A DNA stretch of 64,000 nucleotides from Camelus dromedarius (Eukaryota), in the NCBI RefSeq assembly GCF_036321535.1, contig NC_087436.1, forward strand, positions 33,606,001 through 33,670,000, in the 5' to 3' direction. Below are positions 38,948 through 52,119 of this stretch, in pieces. The translations under genes were made by a program, and so were the position numbers. The notes below the pieces were generated by a model. It had not been told where the DNA came from, did not search any database, and saw nothing but the letters and a program-made list of their open reading frames with translations. The first letter of the stretch is position 1. The number at the start of each line of letters is the position of its first letter.

Positions 38948-40432
38948 TTGTATGAGTTACTACAGAATAACTGAACCTCCCCTACATGGTTGGTTAAACT
39001 TGATAGAAGTTTATTTCTCAGTCTGGGAAATCTGCCTGTGAACAGCCCATGGCTGGTTTATAATTGTTGGCAGTCAAATGGAACCCAGCCTGCTTCCAGC
39101 TTTCCTTTCTGCCACTGCTAGTGTTTGGCCCTCAATCTCATGGACCGAGAATGATTTCTAGCCATCACCTCCATGCAGGGCTGGCTATGTAATTTCTCAG
39201 GGCATGGAAAATAATAAAAATGTGGGACTCTTTTTACAAAAAACAGGAAAAAGATACTGCTAAAGGGACTAAAACAGATAAAGCCACTTATTTCTTCTGC
39301 AGTTTCTCTCTCAGCTTGTTAGGATATTTTTAAAAATTTGCTATTAATGTTCTTCTAAGTATACAGAAGTTGAAAATTTTTATTATTAGCAGAGATTTTA
39401 CCGCTCACCTTTATATTGTATGATGCTAGTGTTAGATGCAAATATAAAACTGCAGAAGTCATATATGTGATAATCAAATACACAGTTCATACTTTATACA
39501 TCATATATCCACAGTGGTTAAAGCACTGCACAAAACTAATGCAAATATTTCTGTTTCACTTTTTTTATATGTGCAACATCTACCACCACTGAGTACCTTC
39601 ACCTTACTGCTGAGTAAGGAGAGACTAAAAGGAGAAACGACAATGGGTTGCCTTCTTTTACCCTTTCTTTCTGGGTCATCATTTTCAGCATATGTGGTTG
39701 GCTAATACAAGGACTTACGGACACAAGTAAGGATATGACAGGGTTCCCTCTCTCTTGTGCTTCTTAGAGTACCAATTGCCTTCTCCCTACATTAGAAGCA
39801 AGTTCTTCCTCAAATACAAAGTGTGGTCTCTTAGAACGAACAGCATCTCTCCTACTTATTCAAACGTGCAGCATGTTTACTTTGTACTCACTTTGCTTCT
39901 CACTGAAATCCCACATATTGTTCACCAGAATTCTCACCTCATGGGGCACTGAGAATGCTATAAATGAGGAAATAATGAACATCTGAGATAAATACTACAT
40001 GAATCTCCTGTGCTTAACAGTATCTTCCACTGTCCCATAGGACTTCCCTTACAAAACATAAGCTCAAAGATAAACTTAAGGATTTCTGGAGGGCTGTAGT
40101 AGGGCAATTAATTAAGTGTGGGGCCACTCTGCATCAGGTTCTATGTGATCACACTGTTTGAATGGCCATGAAGCTGATCAGGTGTCCATATCCTGCTTTC
40201 AAGGGGGTTAATAAGACGGAGAGGAGAAGGGGCAAAGACTCTGTTGCAACTCTCTTTTAAGATTTCCCAGAAGCGATCACATCATACTTCTATTCAAACC
40301 CAGCGGCCAGAACACTGGTCTGAGGCTACCACTAGCTGCAAGTGAGGCTGGGGAACAGTCTTGACTGCAGGCAGCCAGGCACCCAGCTGAAGACTGTAGG
40401 CATGGACGTATGTAAGCAACAGTCTGTGCTGT
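38948..40432 (-). mobile_element. MaLR LTR (MLT1J/K-like), split by a MER45B insertion
   Basis: Left half gatagaagtttatttctc...gaacccagcctgcttcca...ctagccatcacctccatg; right half tttcccagaagc...ggccagaacactggtc...ctagctgcaagtgaggctgggga. Confidence 0.75.
39176..40182 (-). mobile_element. near full-length MER45B (hAT-Tip100 non-autonomous DNA transposon)
   Basis: TIR CAGGGCTGGCT at 39176 and degenerate TIR ccatgaagctgatcagg at the right end; internal tcatcattttcagcatatgtggttggctaataca. Decayed 8-bp TSD cctccatg (39168-39175) / tgtccata (40183-40190). Confidence 0.88.
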
Positions 40433-41079
40433 AAGATTTATGTCAAGCACCACAATAGAGAGGAGTTGGTCAAAAGTGATTTTAGGTTTTCATTAGAAGA
40501 ATGCTTTCTTAATAGCTTCTAAATGTTAGAAAAAGTTAGTGAATATTCACTTTACAGTTGAAGGCAGCTTGTTACAAACAAAACAAAATAACCATACATT
40601 AAATTTGAGTGCTTTGATCCATGACACATGTAATAACTATACATTATATTTTAATGTTGATCCATAATGCCTGTTTCTTTGAGAAAACCTTGTCATGCCT
40701 GATAATGCAAGGTAAGTTGCAAGATTTTAAATGCTGTTTGAAACCCAAAATTGTTCTGCTTGTTAATGTTTTTAATCAGTGTCATATACAGCAGATTAAC
40801 TTATCTAAGACTCTCCCCATTACCAACTAGAGATTTCAATTAAATTGTAAAATTATCCCTTCATTTGTAAATACTATTATGTCCATGTTGTGTGAGAACA
40901 GACCGAATTTTGAGATAAGGAACCAGCGGTCCGGTCCCTCCACTACAGATAGCTTTACCTCAAATACGGTGCTGATGTTTTAATATTCTTTCCCTTTTTA
41001 TTCAGTTATTATTTTGGTTGTCACTTTCTTGAAGAGAGACAGAGTGTGCGTAATTTTGTTGAAAGTTTAGTACTCAAAG

Positions 41080-41155
41080 AAATCTGAGTTCTAGATATAT
41101 TTACCTCAATGAATAGCTGTGTTACTTCGGAAAACTGTTTTAGTCTTTCTGAGTA
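41080..41155 (+). mobile_element. MIR core fragment
   Basis: aatctgagttctag...atagctgtgttacttcggaaaactgttttagtctttctgag. Confidence 0.55.
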
Positions 41156-41159
41156 TAAA

Positions 41160-41315
41160 CTGGGCAACTCAATTTTCTTGTCTCTCTGCTTGCTCTTGCC
41201 TGTCTGGAAATGACAGGAAAGTGCAGTCAATATGGATTTGGGGGTAACGAGTAGTACGTTTGGGCAAGTAGATGAACTTGCAAATATGGAATCTGAGAAT
41301 AATGAGATCAACTAT
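41160..41315 (-). mobile_element. TcMar-Tigger DNA transposon terminal fragment
   Basis: Reverse complement tatagttgatctcattattctcagattccatatttgcaagttcatctact...aaaattgagttgccc matches a recalled Tigger-type terminus with flanking TA; subfamily uncertain. Confidence 0.65.
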
Positions 41316-41629
41316 ACTGACTTTAAACACAAATATGAAACAAGATGCATAATCATTGTATTACTTCCCATGCTAATGCAGTGATAAACACCACCTGCAT
41401 TTCAGTGCAGACATGAGTATATATTTTAAGTTCTTGAAAATGTGTCATCGATTAGGAAGGTGTCAGCTCTGCATGTCTCTTTCTTTCCATCTCTCTTTTT
41501 CCCTCTTAATGTATGCTTGTGCATGTGCACTCATGTAAAAATGTGCCGAGAATACATTACTCCAGCACATGCATGACTTTCTCCATTAAATGTCAGACAA
41601 GACTCACATGCATCTGTTTGGTGCATGTT

Positions 41630-42180
41630 CTTATTACTGCGTGATAGTCCTTAGTGCTAAGTTCTATGGAGGAAAAGGTATGGGAGCTGACACTGCCTCA
41701 TAGGAGATCTGACCTAATGCTGAGGGAGAGAGAGTAGACTAAGAACCTGTCCTTTGAGGGATGAGGAGTGAACGGAAGGACTAAGAGGGGAGAAAAGAGG
41801 GCTCCAAATAGGAACAACATGAAAAAGGCCCACTGAGGGTGTGGTCTAACGTACAGGAAGAGAGGAAAGAAGCTGAGTGCTACTGAGCTCAGAAAGCTGA
41901 AAATATGGGCAGGGGCTAGGACACGCAGAGCCCTGCAGGTCTTTATCGAAAGAGTGATGGAGGGCAGTGTGTGGTCTAAGAAGAGGACTTTAAGGTCAAA
42001 TCTGTTCTTTGCAAAGGTCGTTCAATGTGCTGTGTTGGTAAGTGATCAAAAAGGGGCAAAAGTGGATTTGGAGAGATTAGTTAGTAGGTTATTTCAGTAG
42101 ATTAGAGAAGGGATGATGGTAGCTTGATCTAAGGACAAGTGAAACAGATGGAGATAAAATGAATTTAGTACATATAATTG
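41630..42180 (-). mobile_element. LINE-2 fragment
   Basis: gggcaggggctaggacacgcagagccctgcagg...gttagtaggttatttcagtagattagagaagggatgatggtagcttgatctaagg. Confidence 0.8.
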
Positions 42181-43524
42181 ATTTGTATATGATTTTATCA
42201 TATTACCACCAGAATAAAATTTAAGTATCTTTCGGAGGAGAAAATATTTTCAGATGAGTACTTGCATGTATTAGACAAGAAGTAATGTCTGTGTTTTAAA
42301 GCTATCAGAAAATAACCAAGGAATTAAACGTGTAATGATGGTTATTGCCATCAACAGAATGTCTATAATGCCAGTATGCATTTGGCAATTTGTGGTACTA
42401 ATATACGATGAGGGGGGGGATAATCTATAGAAATAAGGTAATGGTAGCTATTCGCAGGTAGTTCTGATACAGGTCTATTTTAAAATCTGTAAATCAGAAT
42501 TCTGTATGTATCATATACACGTGTTTAAATGTATCCACCCCTATATACTATTTGGCAGAATTGAAAGTTAGTGATACAGTTAGTCAATTATCAGCAATAT
42601 GCTATAACCAAAAAGACTGGGAATTATTATCTTAGCTGCTAACAGGTGTACTGTTTTTCCATGTTAGGAGAATGGCCTTAAATTTTATGCTCAGATTTTT
42701 CTCCAGCTTGTTTAGGATTATTTTCTGTCAAGTATCACTAAGCCTTCTTGGCATGAGACTGCCATGTGAACCTTGACAGTTGCTGTCAGATTATTAATAT
42801 TTCCTCTGTTTTCTCAGCAGAAGATTTAACAACCTAAAGGAGGCCATGGCAGGCATGGTCTTAGCTCATTTTCTCCACACTCTTTGTGCAGTAAAGATGC
42901 ATTCCATCCAAGACCTTAAAATAGAACATAACTCTGCCGCGGTGTCTTAGCAAATTGTTACTTACAGGTTGGATTTTTTTAATGCACCATAGCAACATTT
43001 TCTCTTTAGAATGAAAATACAGGAAGATGCCTGATTCCTTCTGAAGACAAAAGCACCCTCCACCCCAGCATATCTAGCAGATGTTCTCTTCATAGGCAGA
43101 GAGAAAACATGGCAAGTTACTCTATCCAGCTGGTTCCTAAATCATTCTGAAATTCTCCCTGTCTACTCCCCAAAGATGTAAATTGGCCCATAAAGAGAAC
43201 AGCAGGCAACATGACTATAAATAAAGGCTACAGATGAAGTCATATTGCAGGAAGAAGCTAAGGAAAGCTAGGAAACAATGACCATTGTTTGAGTAAAGTA
43301 GGCAAATGAAGACCTCACTATGAATTTGCTACTCTATACAGAGGGTTTAACAATCAGTCAGCCCGGAAGTATTTATCGTTTGCTTCTTTCATCTTCAGTC
43401 ATACATTGCTTTCTTTTCCAATTTGCCAGAACCTTATTTTGACTTTGTCAAAGGAACTGAAACAATGAAGTACGGTGAATAATTGCTGTGGGCGGAGATT
43501 TTTAAGTTAAGATGTGACACCTGA

Positions 43525-46458
43525 AGTTTTGGTTTCCGGCCCAACATGTTAAAAGCTTGGCCACCATCACTCCATCCTCAAACAAGAAAAAAAGTGAACA
43601 AACTAAAAATCAACAACTCTCTTTAGATCAGAGAATTGAGCTCACAGAGTAAACTTCTGCCCTGGAAACTGGAGAGACAGATAATCAGATGCAGAGTCAC
43701 AGCTTATTGTGAGAAGAAGCTTAGGAGCAGAAGCCCAAAACTGAAGCCAGTATCAGTAGGAACACATTACACTGTAATTGACCAGTTGCTGGAGGCTTAC
43801 TGTGGACTGGATCCAAGAGAGCCCAATCTTGGGGGCCCCCACTCTTTCCTGAATTTTACTTCCAGGAACCCTATCAGTTTCTCACTGTGAAGATCTGAGG
43901 AAAATCCCTTTGTGCTTACCGACAGCAGGGAGAGGGGAAAAGCAACCATTCTGAAATAAGACAAGAGTTCTCTATTTTCCTTAGTAAGGCTTCTCCTCAA
44001 GGGAAACTCTTACCAGAGCCTGACCAACTAAGGTTTAACCAAAGCCTAACCAATCTGGGGAAGGGTAGTAAGTCCAGCCTACTCTACCTTTTGATGCGAA
44101 GGAAGGGAACTGTCTAACTCAGGCTCACCAAAAGACTAAGGCCTAATTAATTACAAGATGATAGAATGCTTCCCCCAGTAGGGCTCCTATATGATAACAG
44201 GAGGTGACAGCTAAAATTGCTGTAACCCTCAGGCCCTATTTTAGGAGTCTACAGGAGAACCAAAAGACAACCAAGTAGGCCAAAACAGTAGAGGAAATTT
44301 TTAGCCTCTGACTCTACAGCTATAGCAAACAGTAAACATAGCCTAGCTCCTAGCCAGATAAACACAAAACCTCACACTAAAGACCTATCTTAGTTCTTTT
44401 TACCCAATACATTATGTCTGGCTTTAAACAACAACAACAGTACAAGGCATTCTAAAAAGCAAAAAAACAAAAAAACAACAAAAAAAAACCACACACGATC
44501 TGAAAAGACATGGTAACCATCAGAACCATGTTGGAATGATCAGAATAGGAATTTGAAACAACTATGGTTAATATGCTAAAAATTCTAATGGAAAAAGTGG
44601 ACAACGTGCAAGAAAGGATGGGTAATATAAGCAAAAGGATGGAAGTTCTAAGAAAGGATAAACAGGAGATGCTAGAAATCAAAAAGACTGTAAAAGAAAT
44701 GAAAACCATCTTTGATGGGGTCACCTGTAGCTGCACATGGTGAAGACAGAGTCCACGAGCTTACAGACATGTCAACAAAAACTTCAAAAATGGAAATATG
44801 AAGAGATTTTAAAAAATGAAAAACACAGACCAGAATATCCAAGAATTATGGGCAATTATAAAAGGGGTAACATATGCAATGGGAAGACTAGAAGGAAAGA
44901 GAATTAGAAAGAAAGAAGGGTTAGAAGAAATACTTTAATAATGGCTGAAAATTTGTATATATCCAAGAAAAAAGGAAAGACTAGTTCAAGAAGATATATG
45001 CACCCCAATGTTCAGTGCAGCATTATTTACAATTGTCGGGGTATGGAAGCAATCTAAGTGTCCAACAACAGATGAATGGATAAAGAAGATGTGGAATATA
45101 CACATACTTAACAGAATACTACTTAGCCAAAAAAAACAAAGAAAAAGAAAGAAATTTTACCATTAGCAACAACCTGGTTGGACTTGGAGGGTATTTTGCC
45201 AAGTGAAATAAGTCAGACAGAAATACAAATATTGTATGATATCACTTACATATGGAATCTAAAAAATGATATGAAGAAAAAGAAACAGACTCATATATAA
45301 AGAAGAAACTAGTTTTTACCAGTCAGGAGAGGGAAGGGACAGGGGAAGGATAAATACAAGCAAATTAATTAATTTAAAAAAGTAATCCACTATAGATCCA
45401 GGAAGCTCAGAGAACACCAGGATAAATACCAAAAATTCTATACCTAGGTATATCATGTTCAAATTGCAGAAAATCAAAGTCTTAAAAGAAGCTATGAGAA
45501 AGGGGCTGAAGGGAATCCTACCTGCAGAAGAGCAAGGAAAAGAACTATGTTGGACTTCAGAAATCATGCAAACTAAATGAGAAGTGGACAAAATATTTCA
45601 AGTGTTAAATATAAATTGTTAATTAAAAAAAACCACTCAGTGTTCTGAACCTAGCAAATTATCCTTCAAAAGGGAAGGAGAAATAAAGACATTCTCAAAC
45701 AAAACTGAGTGCAATTGTCACCATTAGAACTACCTGACAAAAAATAAGAGAAGTTCTTCAGAGAGAAAGAAAAAAATATAGGCCAAAACCAGGATATACA
45801 TAGATGAAGCAAGAGTGTTAGAGAAGGAATAAATGGGCTAAAACAAAATCTTTTATTTTCCTTATTCTTAATCAGTATAATAACTGTTCAAGACAATAGC
45901 AATAATAAAAGTATTTGGTGACTGAAGCTTAGGGGTATGTGCAATGAGTGACAGCAACATTGTAAGAGTTGGGATAGAGGAACTGGAAATACTCAGTTAT
46001 AAAACACTTGCACTATTCGTGAAGTGGTGTGTTATTTGAAAATGGAGTTGGTTTCGTTATACAGATATGTTGCAAACACTAGGAAAACGACTAAAATTTT
46101 TAAAAATAAGTATAATAATATGCTAAGACGGAGGAAAACCGAATAATATAAAATGCCCAATTATAATTAGAGACGGCAGAAAAAGATGGAAGAGAAAGAA
46201 CAGAAAACAATTATAAATGATAGAAATATTAATCCAATATTATATCAATAGTCACTTTAAATCTAAATGTTCTAAATACATCAAGTAAGAGACAGAGACT
46301 GTCAGAGTGCATAAAAACTAAGACCCAATAATAAATGTCTATAAGAAACCCATTTTAAATATAAAGGCACAGACAGGATAAAGGGATGGAGAAAGACATG
46401 ATGCTAATCCTAATTTTAAAAGGCTAAGGTACCGTGTTAATTAATTTTAGACAAAGAT
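43525..46458 (+). mobile_element. ancient L1 (L1M4/L1MC-MD type): 5'UTR, ORF1, spacer and start of ORF2 EN; 3'-truncated
   Basis: 5' end ggtttccggcccaacatg...aaagtgaacaaactaaaaatcaacaactc; ORF1 atggaaaaagtggacaacgtgcaagaaaggatggg; EN atatcaatagtcactttaaatctaaatg...agacagagactgtcagagtg. Confidence 0.85.
44955..45360 (+). mobile_element. younger L1 fragment (ORF2 C-terminus + partial 3'UTR) nested in the older L1's ORF1
   Basis: aagatatatgcaccccaatgttcagtgcagcattatttacaat...aagtgaaataagtcagacaga; host ORF1 resumes by gatccaggaagctcagagaacacc. Confidence 0.85.
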
Positions 46459-46499
46459 GCAATACCAGATCTCTTTTGTATGGACAGAATCAACACTAG

Positions 46500-46713
46500 T
46501 AGACTGCCACACACCAGACACTGTTCTAAGCATTTTACAAATATTAAGTACTCATAGAAAGTCTGTGGGCCAGGTACTATATTATCCCCATTTTACAGAG
46601 GGGTAAACTGAGGAATACATGTATCAAATAACAAGCAATCCTAGGGGTAGTCAGTATTGAACCCAGGCAGGTTTGTTTCTGAGTATCTTTCTTTAAGCAC
46701 TATACCATGTTCC
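46500..46713 (-). mobile_element. MIR SINE
   Basis: ccagacactgttctaagcattttaca...attatccccattttacagaggggtaaactgagg...ttgaacccaggcag. Confidence 0.88.
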
Positions 46714-47039
46714 TTCCTACTGCCATACATTTCTTTATATCATTGCCCCTAATTGTAAAGCTATTCACATTCAGCCATGAGGAAGATGAGATCAGTGCAT
46801 AAGCACTGCAATAAAGGATGCTGTATTATGAATACCTAAGTTGCACCTTTGATATCTGAACTGTGCTAACTCAAATGTTAGATGAATGTTTGATTACAGT
46901 ATTTTTAAGCTGTTATTCAAGATACTGGAAGGTGCACTGATATCTCTGAAGGTTTAACACAATATTGTCCTTACTGTTTTTCTGTCTTAGGTAATGGAAA
47001 CTTGCCAGCACAGTACCAGCCTTATTCTCTGGTGGTTCT

Positions 47040-47795
47040 TTTATAACGAATCCTTTTCCTTAGGTTTGGGAGGATTTTTCCTCCTGTTTCTAGAATTATG
47101 TTTCTCCTGGTGTTAATTTTTTTCATTGTGTGTCTCATGGGCAGTTTTCTTCAAATGTCTGGTAATCTCTGGGTTCCTATTCATACTTAAGAAGAACATA
47201 CAAAATTACCAGAAGATCATGTGTGAGAACAGGACTGGTGAGTAGCTACTACCCAGGTGAGGAGCCTTTGGGATCTCTAAACAAGGAAGCTTTGTCCTGA
47301 GACACTAGCACCCTCAACACACTTCCTTGGTCATCTCGAGATGATTTATTCAATCTCTTTATAGAAAACATGCCAGTATTTTGCCTGGGTTAATATTAAT
47401 AGCTAGAAGTTAGATATTACGCTGAGAAAGATAGATACTAAGTCTAGACTTTCCCATTTGCAGTCTTTGCTTTCAGGTCTACTTTCTTCTTTCAACCTGG
47501 AGATGGTATCAGCCATCCCTGAGTTATCAGACTTTTGGCAGATATTATCCAATTTGATTATTTTCTCCTTCGTTCATATTTAAGGCTATTTTTTCCACTG
47601 CTGTATTTCACCGATTAACCACCCCTTTGCCTGATTTATGCTTTCCAGAAACGTGTACAAACCTCACTTTCATCATTGTCCTTTCCCCTGTTCTCTGTAT
47701 AATGAGGGATTATGGCTTTATATTTCTGAACCATCTTTTCAAGGGTTTATAAGAAGGGAGGAGACAAATGGAGTATTTAGTCTGTCATGCCTATC
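47040..47795 (-). mobile_element. HAL1 (half-L1) 5' region
   Basis: tttcttcaaatgtctggtaatctctgggttcctattcatacttaag and terminal ttcccctgttctctg...aagggtttataagaagggaggagacaaatggagtatttagtctgtcatg resemble the antisense HAL1 5' end. Confidence 0.65.
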
Positions 47796-48834
47796 ATATT
47801 AAAATGAAGATACTCTAGTTTATGCAAGAAAAAACATTTATAACTAAACAACGTAACTAAAAGCAGTAGAATCTAGTTTACAAAAATTTCTCCTTGCACA
47901 ATCTGATTTCTTCCTTCAAGTAATTGTGTCAAGTAGATGATTCTTTCTTTAGCATTTTATATAAGAGAATGAATGGATAAGTAAATGTAATAGTAAATGT
48001 ATAAATAAATAAATAATAAAAGGAGCACTCAAACCCATGGCTTCTTATTCTAAATCCTGTGCTATTTCTTCTAGTTAGTGATGTTTAATGTTCCATTCAA
48101 AACAAATGGGCAAACAAAATAACTTTCCACTCTACCATCTCACTAAGCCCCTAGAAGGGAAAGTAAATAATGGCTGAATTAAATTAAATTAGATGCAAAG
48201 ATTCATTATTGACTCTTGGAGGCTAAGTAATCAGAGAAAAAAAATCACAAAGATCTCCTTGCTAGAAGCTGTTAAGCATTGCAAAAGATCTGCCTGCTCA
48301 GGAGTAGACAATTAGAGTAATAGAAATCAATATGATAATTGGAAACACATAGACACACACACTCACGGCAACTATTTTTTCCAAGATCTTTAAATCTGGC
48401 TCATCTCTGTTCCCTCAATACGGTATGCATTTAATCCACTCTCCACGACGGTAAATAATGACATAAGGCAACTCCACATATTTCCTCCAGTCCCTCAAAG
48501 CTGCTCTTTAATGGAATAACAAAACTATGGGAGATAATAAGGCTTGGGGAGATATGAAGATCATGACATAATGGATGGTCTGAAATTTATTATTCACATG
48601 TGATAAAAGGGGGAAGGGAACAGAGGATATATAGAATTTTGAGAATTTACAGGATAAATTGTCTCAAGGTACTGGGGATAGATAAAAGAAAGAGAATGCA
48701 AATGTGTAACAGTTAACTGTTTTACTTCATCAACCACTTTAAAGGTATTTAGGAGAGATGTGAAGAAAGCAGATTGCTTGGGACTGCCTTTGTGAAACAG
48801 GGGGGAAAAAAAAGAAAGAAAGAAAGAAAAAAAC

Positions 48835-49045
48835 CCCTGGAGTTAATATCTAAAGATATGTGTTTAATTCCCAGTGCTACCGTTTGCTATTTATTTGAGT
48901 CTGAGTGAGTCACCTAATCTTTCTGAGTTTGATGTCTACTTCTGTATCATACAGGAAAGTGTAGTATACTCCTCTTATCAGTGTGAAATTTAAATGTGGT
49001 AATGTGTGAAAGAATTTTATAAAATATTATGCACGTTCTAAGTTC
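48835..49045 (+). mobile_element. MIR SINE
   Basis: tgtttaattcccagtgctaccgtttgcta...ctgagtgagtcacctaatctttctgagtttg...gtgaaatttaaatgtggtaatgtgtgaaag. Confidence 0.7.
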
Positions 49046-49069
49046 CATTCTTACTTGTAAAGTATGGGT

Positions 49070-49530
49070 GTCCAGTGACATGGACTGATCGCATTCTTCG
49101 TTCTTGGCCAAACCATAAAACTGAGAAACAAGTGATTTCTAATCTTGTCAACACTGTTTAGCTGTAATAGTAAAGTTTATGATTAGTATCTGGTTTACAT
49201 GGAGCCCTGGAATGGGTGGAGTTCAACAGTTAGGGCTGATGACATAGATGGAATATACCTACATAACCAGCTTAACACAGAGGTCTCTAGCACAAGCAGA
49301 ATTTGGGCTCCTGGCACCGAGGTGTTTTGCTGATGATTCAAGGCCAGATGGCAATATGCACTTTTTTTTTGACCTGGCCCAGCTGAAGGAGACCACCTGT
49401 ACCTGAGATCTCTGGAGCCTTTTCAGTGCGTCTCTTCCCTCTGTTGTTACTGTTCTGTACCTTTTGTAACAAAGGAGATCTGGGTGTGAAAACTGAGTTT
49501 TTTGTGTCCCTCTCATCATTTCAACACTTA
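49070..49530 (+). mobile_element. ERVL-class solo LTR (MER68/MER76/MER77-like)
   Basis: tacctacataaccagc...gtgcgtctcttccctctgttgttactgttctgtaccttttgtaacaaa...ctgagttttttgtgtccctc. Confidence 0.55.
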
Positions 49531-49844
49531 AAGTGATTAATTCATAATTAATACAAACCTGACAAATATCACACTTTAAAAAAATGTTTTACTGGGTCAC
49601 ACTCACAGTATACTTGGCAATGTCCTTGGTGCAGATAAAGATTAAATACTAGGCAAGAAAAAAGTTATTTCTACCAACCAGCAATATATAAAGGGAAATA
49701 CAATTAATTGAACAAAAATATACTTTGCAACAATTTTCAAACATTGTTCTGTGATTATTTATAATCTTAGATATGGTGCCATATGAAGTTATTAGGTAAA
49801 TTGATAACCGTTGTACATATAAAAGGGTTATAAAAATAGCTCAT

Positions 49845-50290
49845 TATTCCACAAGTGATTATTAGTTTCTCACAATGTCCAAAGCACTGTGCAGAGTTCT
49901 GAGATACAAGGGACACTCCTGCTGTTATAGAGTCTACAGCTTGGCAGAAGAGATGGATATTAAACAAATAGCAAATAGACTATTACAATGATTTTATGTA
50001 AGGTAAAATAGTATTTTGAGAGGAAATGATGCTGGAGGGTGACATCCACATAAATTTTCCATGATCATAATCTAGAATCTTTTTGGACATAGCATTTTAA
50101 TCGTAACTTGAAGAATAAACTGAAGTTAGTGAAGAAAATTTTGAGGGGAGAACATTCCAGGCAAGAAAAAATGGCATGTGGAAAGATATGGAAGAATTTA
50201 AGGTGTGTTTTGAAGGTAAAGTAGTAAAATTTTGGAAATGGTTTAGATGAAGGAGGTGAACAGTTGTGATTGTGAATGGATACTGAGGGG
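49845..50290 (-). mobile_element. LINE-2 3' region
   Basis: caatgtccaaagcactgtgcagagttctgagatacaag...agagtctacagcttggcagaagagatgg...ggggagaacattccaggcaag. Confidence 0.8.
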
Positions 50291-50563
50291 AGAGGTAATA
50301 TTTCACAAATGTTGAGAGATGAATCTTTTAAGAAAAAGAGAGGACTCAGTTACCTTGAGTGCTGTTACCTTCAGTACCTTAAATATGGAAACCTCTGAAT
50401 CACAGGACTTGAAATTATCCACAGAAGCTTAAGTCAAGACCAGATAATACAATAAAACCACATCAACCCACTTCTCAGTAAAAACAGAACAGGAACGTCG
50501 TTCTCAGATGAGAAGGGAAGTGAGAGTAGGGAGATGAAGTCATAGAATACTCAATACACATTT

Positions 50564-50894
50564 CTCTCTCTCTTAATTTTTAAAGTGTAGTCAGTTACAG
50601 TGTGGTGTCCATTTCTGGTGTACAGCGTGTTTCAGTCATACATATACATACATATATTCCTTTTCATATTCTTTTTCATTATAGGTTACTACAAGATACT
50701 GAATATGTTTCCCTGTGCTATACAGTAGAAACTTGTTATCTCTTTTATATATAGTAGTTAATATTTGCAAATCTTGAACTCCCAATTTATTCCTCCCCCC
50801 CTCCCCCCGCAACCCCTTCCCCAGTAACCATAAATTTGTTTCCTATGTCTGTGAGTCTGTTTCTGTTTTGTAGATAAGTTCATTATGTCTTCAG
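50564..50894 (-). mobile_element. short LINE-1 3'UTR insertion
   Basis: Same 3'UTR family as 5888-6287. 19-bp TSD gaatactcaatacacattt (50545-50563) / gaatattcaatatatattt (50895-50913), with 3 C/T mismatches. Confidence 0.92.
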
Positions 50895-51749
50895 GAATAT
50901 TCAATATATATTTTTTCATAGTACATTTGCTGTCTCAAGATACCTCCACCACCCCTACTGTCTGTAAAAGAGGGGGGTTGGAGAAAAAAATCCTTAGGCA
51001 ATTGGTCATTCTCCAACTCCAAAACCACTTAAGGCTTATTTTCTTGTTTAGTACTCCTGCCTTCCATTTTTTTCACATCCTCAACCTGATATTTCTTGGA
51101 CACAGCTGTGTTTATGAATCAATTCTATCAACCTGATCAATGCAAACTTACACTACAGGTCATAGTAAGTGCTTCACCATCCCTGTTTCTGCTGGCTTAT
51201 TAACACATTGCCTGCCTTCCCTTCTTCCCATCAGTCCCACCTTGACAACAATATTGGACACCCACAGAGCAATGATACAGGTCAACCAAATGAAGGAGGA
51301 TAAGGGGTTACCACACAGTGAAACACACAGTGCTCTCACTTATGTTTCCCACATGTGAAATTTTTTTATTTTCTCAGTTTTTGAAACTAGCATAAGGCTG
51401 TTATAATGCACCATATGCACATTATTACCCTCACTGTAGGTGTCTATTGATGGTATGCATTCTTCTATGATTCTAGAATGGAGCAGAAATATTGTGGTTA
51501 GTATATAATCTCCTTGTAACTGAGAAAAATATTGTAAAAGGATTTTATACTATTCATCTGCAGATTAATGTTTCCTGTGTTTTAAAAGACAAGTTACCAG
51601 CAGCAGATGAATGGTATAAAATGTTTAATTAAACTCAATCATAGCCTTCTGGCAAGAGATGACCTTACCTTCAACTCGACAGTGGGACCAAAAGCATCCA
51701 TTGTTTTCATTTTAAAGGAATTCAATGAAGAATATTATTTTTTGGCTCT

Positions 51750-52050
51750 ATTTAAAAAACATTTATTGCGTGCTTATTATATGCAAGTATTTGGGGGAGG
51801 GTAGGCACTGGGGAGTCTCACACATGGGTATGAGAGTGTTACATCTCTAAGAAGGTCACAGTTTGGATGCCCAGATAAGTGTATGCCACAGGCTGTGATG
51901 TATGTCATACCTGGGCAACTGAGATGACAGGGACAAGACAGTCATGTTGAGGATGTGACAGGAAGATTTCAGCAATGCTTTCACTCATGAAGTACATTTC
52001 AGATGGGATATAAAGAATTGTATTTTCAAACAGCAGAAGAGAGGAAACAT
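51750..52050 (-). mobile_element. LINE-2 3' end
   Basis: aaacatttattgcgtgcttattatatgcaag...ctctaagaaggtcacagtttgg. Confidence 0.55.
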
Positions 52051-52119
52051 CAATCAAACAAGTAAATCTGCCTGCTACACTGCAGTGCTGAGTGCAGAAC
52101 TGATTTCTGATTACTTACC

